Positions 61,450 to 64,000 of a DNA stretch of 64,000 nucleotides are shown one piece after another (position 1 is the stretch's first letter; each line of letters starts with the position of its first letter). A program made the position numbers and the translations under genes. The DNA is from Octopus bimaculoides (Eukaryota): contig NC_068985.1 in assembly GCF_001194135.2 (NCBI RefSeq), forward strand, positions 72,435,146-72,499,145, read 5' to 3'. The notes under the pieces were generated by a model, which had not been told where the DNA came from, did no database searches, and saw only the letters and a list, made by a program, of their open reading frames with translations.

Positions 61450-62757
61450 AAACGGCTCCAAGTCCCTGAGTTCGATCACTGGTGGCAGCTCGTCGAACAT
61501 CACCGCTACTCCGGGCGGATCAATTTTATCTCCGCACATGTCTTAGTTTTTCGTACGTGTCCCTATCGACCACAATGGCCTTCACATTTTCGGAGTAGAC
61601 ATCTGTTGGTAACTTAATTCTTATAATATGTTTGAATTTAAGAATTTTCTTCTCTGTCTCCTTATTTTTTGAGTAAGTTACAAAATTCCAATTGTTTTCC
61701 CATCTTCTTGATTTTTTCTCTTCTTCTCCTGTTACTGATGTATTTCCTTCTCCAACTCCAAACCATTTCTCCCATTCATCGTCAGATGTTTCAACTCTCG
61801 AATCATCTTCCTTCGCTGGGGAAACCTGCGTCATTATCGCTGTTCCCTCCTTCTGTAAATTCACCTGTTTAGTAATTGCCTTCTCTCTTTCTTGCTCCGT
61901 CACCTCTTCATCTGCCTTCCCTCTGGTTACAGCTTCCTTTTCCAATTCATCTTTCTTCTTTTTCTGGTTCTCTGGTGGTGAGTTTGTTCTTCCACTCCTT
62001 CGTTTTCTTTCCATTACCGTGAATCCCTCCTGCGCTGTTTTCTTCTGTCTCTGTCTGTACTACCTGGTTCGTGTCTTCCTGTTGGTTCTCTCTGCGGGCA
62101 TCTCGCCTTCATGTGGCCTTTCTCGCCACATGCAAAACATGTAGGCGGCCTGCCCTCTACTTTCACTCTTAATTTTTGGTCGTCGGGTAGCGCTATCTCC
62201 TCATCAATTCTTTTTAGGTCTTCCACTGTTGCCTGGATAGTGAGTTCGATCCCATATCCCCAATAATCCACACTTTGTGTTCTTGTGGCCTTCAATATCT
62301 TGGCCTCTTCCTTCATATTGTACTTTATTGCCGTCATGAGCCATGCTTCATCTAGTTCTAGGGGTAGTTTGCCTATTCGCACTCTGGCCACATGTTTGCC
62401 ACAGTACGACGGTAACAGCACCCATTCCTCCGATCGTATAGCTTCCGTAGAGTTCTTAATTGCTTCTATTTCTGTTGCAAAGCGTACCTCCACAGTGGCA
62501 TATTTTTTTCCTCGAGTTACAAAAGTTGTTTGCTTTCTGATACCTTTCAGACACTCCTCGATCTCCTCAACTGTCGCGAGCTCTATCCTTCTAGTTGCCA
62601 CCTTCATGGTTTTAAAAACCACAGTTCTCTTTCTTACACCTTCTGTCAGTTCCACAGGCGGTGTCAACGTCAGCGTGTTTCCGACCCTCGCCAGCGACTT
62701 CTCACATTCCTTCATCTTCTTCGGATCAACCTTAATTTCGATTATTTCCAGTTTTCC
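61450..62757 (-). mobile_element. gag/ORF1-like pseudogene with CCHC zinc knuckle (L1-Tx1 ORF1-like), frameshifted near 62100 and 61530
   Basis: RVRIGKLP...VKVEGRPPTCFACGEKGHMKARCP (CX2CX4HX4C), then a charged linker and a C-terminal domain. The frame continues into the gap at 62758. Confidence 0.75.
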
Positions 62758-63461
62758 NNNNNNNNNNNNNNNNNNNNNNNNNNNNNNNNNNNNNNNNNNN
62801 NNNNNNNNNNNNNNNNNNNNNNNNNNNNNNNNNNNNNNNNNNNNNNNNNNNNNNNNNNNNNNNNNNNNNNNNNNNNNNNNNNNNNNNNNNNNNNNNNNNN
62901 NNNNNNNNNNNNNNNNNNNNNNNNNNNNNNNNNNNNNNNNNNNNNNNNNNNNNNNNNNNNNNNNNNNNNNNNNNNNNNNNNNNNNNNNNNNNNNNNNNNN
63001 NNNNNNNNNNNNNNNNNNNNNNNNNNNNNNNNNNNNNNNNNNNNNNNNNNNNNNNNNNNNNNNNNNNNNNNNNNNNNNNNNNNNNNNNNNNNNNNNNNNN
63101 NNNNNNNNNNNNNNNNNNNNNNNNNNNNNNNNNNNNNNNNNNNNNNNNNNNNNNNNNNNNNNNNNNNNNNNNNNNNNNNNNNNNNNNNNNNNNNNNNNNN
63201 NNNNNNNNNNNNNNNNNNNNNNNNNNNNNNNNNNNNNNNNNNNNNNNNNNNNNNNNNNNNNNNNNNNNNNNNNNNNNNNNNNNNNNNNNNNNNNNNNNNN
63301 NNNNNNNNNNNNNNNNNNNNNNNNNNNNNNNNNNNNNNNNNNNNNNNNNNNGGTACATAGATCGAATTATGAGATGAAATGAGTAAATTACAATATGATG
63401 ATGGAATGGCTTACGAGTCCCCCAAAGCTCGCAGTTTCATTTCAGTTTTCTTATACAGTTC

Positions 63462-64000
63462 TTATTCTTTCATTATTATGTATGGTTTCAGCTCCTCCAC
63501 CGTTACGACGCTTGGCAAAGTGTTGTAGCCCACATATAACCCACTTACTTGGAAATTAAATCTGTCTATTTCTCGCAGCTTCTTCGCTATCCATTCCTTC
63601 ACCACTATTGCTTTTGTTTCATCATCAAACGTTCCGGGTTCTAATTTCAGTCGCACCAATTCTTTTATCTTAGATATCGTTTTTTCCGTTTCTACACCCT
63701 TATTGTAGAAAAGTATTGTTCTAATATTTTAAAAATCTACCTTTCCGATTATCCTTCCTTCTGCCTTCGCCTTTTCCTTCTGTTCCTTCAACACAGTCCA
63801 CCAGTTTAGCCACCTCTCGTGTCTTGTCAACAGTTTTTCCTGCTTTGTATCTTGGGTTTCAATCTTAGTTACGTTCTGTTTCTCGCTATAATTTCCATCT
63901 TTCTTTGTTACGTTCTGTTCCTCGCTATCATTTCCATCTTCCATCATCTTTTTATTCTTTTCCCTTTTCTTTGTTTTTGGGGACTTTGGCGGCGATTCAG
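63462..64000 (-). mobile_element. C-terminal half of a second, divergent ORF1-like unit (one in-frame TAA at 63729-63731)
   Basis: ESPPKSPKTKK...FYNKGVETEKTISKIKELVRLKL...KAIVV...KLR aligns with the 61450-62014 product. Confidence 0.65.

Larger units (their letters stand above)
1632..63351. other. Assembly gaps (N runs) at about 1632-1692, 4223-4682, 20002-20074, 22102-22462, 38096-38529, 57381-57611, 59990-60034, 60885-61448 and 62758-63351
   Basis: Direct inspection; most gaps abut young repeats or microsatellites. Confidence 0.95.

Overview
Eukaryotic, AT-rich, gap-containing scaffold window, most likely from an octopus or other coleoid cephalopod (inferred from the repeat families and microsatellite load; not database-checked). 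The one clearly supported host gene is a complete 13-exon VPS36 (ESCRT-II GLUE-domain subunit; + strand, CDS 9014-43936, 1152 nt, 383 aa), assembled by hand with consistent phases. Its intron 1 must use a GC donor. Almost everything else is transposon-derived: three tRNA-SINE families, many RTE-LINE 3' ends with (GAT)n tails, a full-length decayed Tc1 (DD34E), a maT (DD37D) remnant, hAT/Buster remnants, an L1-Tx1 fragment, an LTR remnant, several MITE families with clean TSDs, Penelope-type hammerhead-like motifs, and two divergent gag/ORF1-like units in tandem that share an unrecognised C-terminal domain. I found no prokaryote-type system (CRISPR, operon). The best leads are a possible in-frame VPS36-RTE fusion splice, the GC/GT donor switch, hammerhead ribozymes, ORF1-only (HAL1-like) elements, a telomere-repeat cruciform in a mobile MITE, and a candidate orphan 3-exon gene. 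All are hypotheses that need RNA-seq or homology searches.
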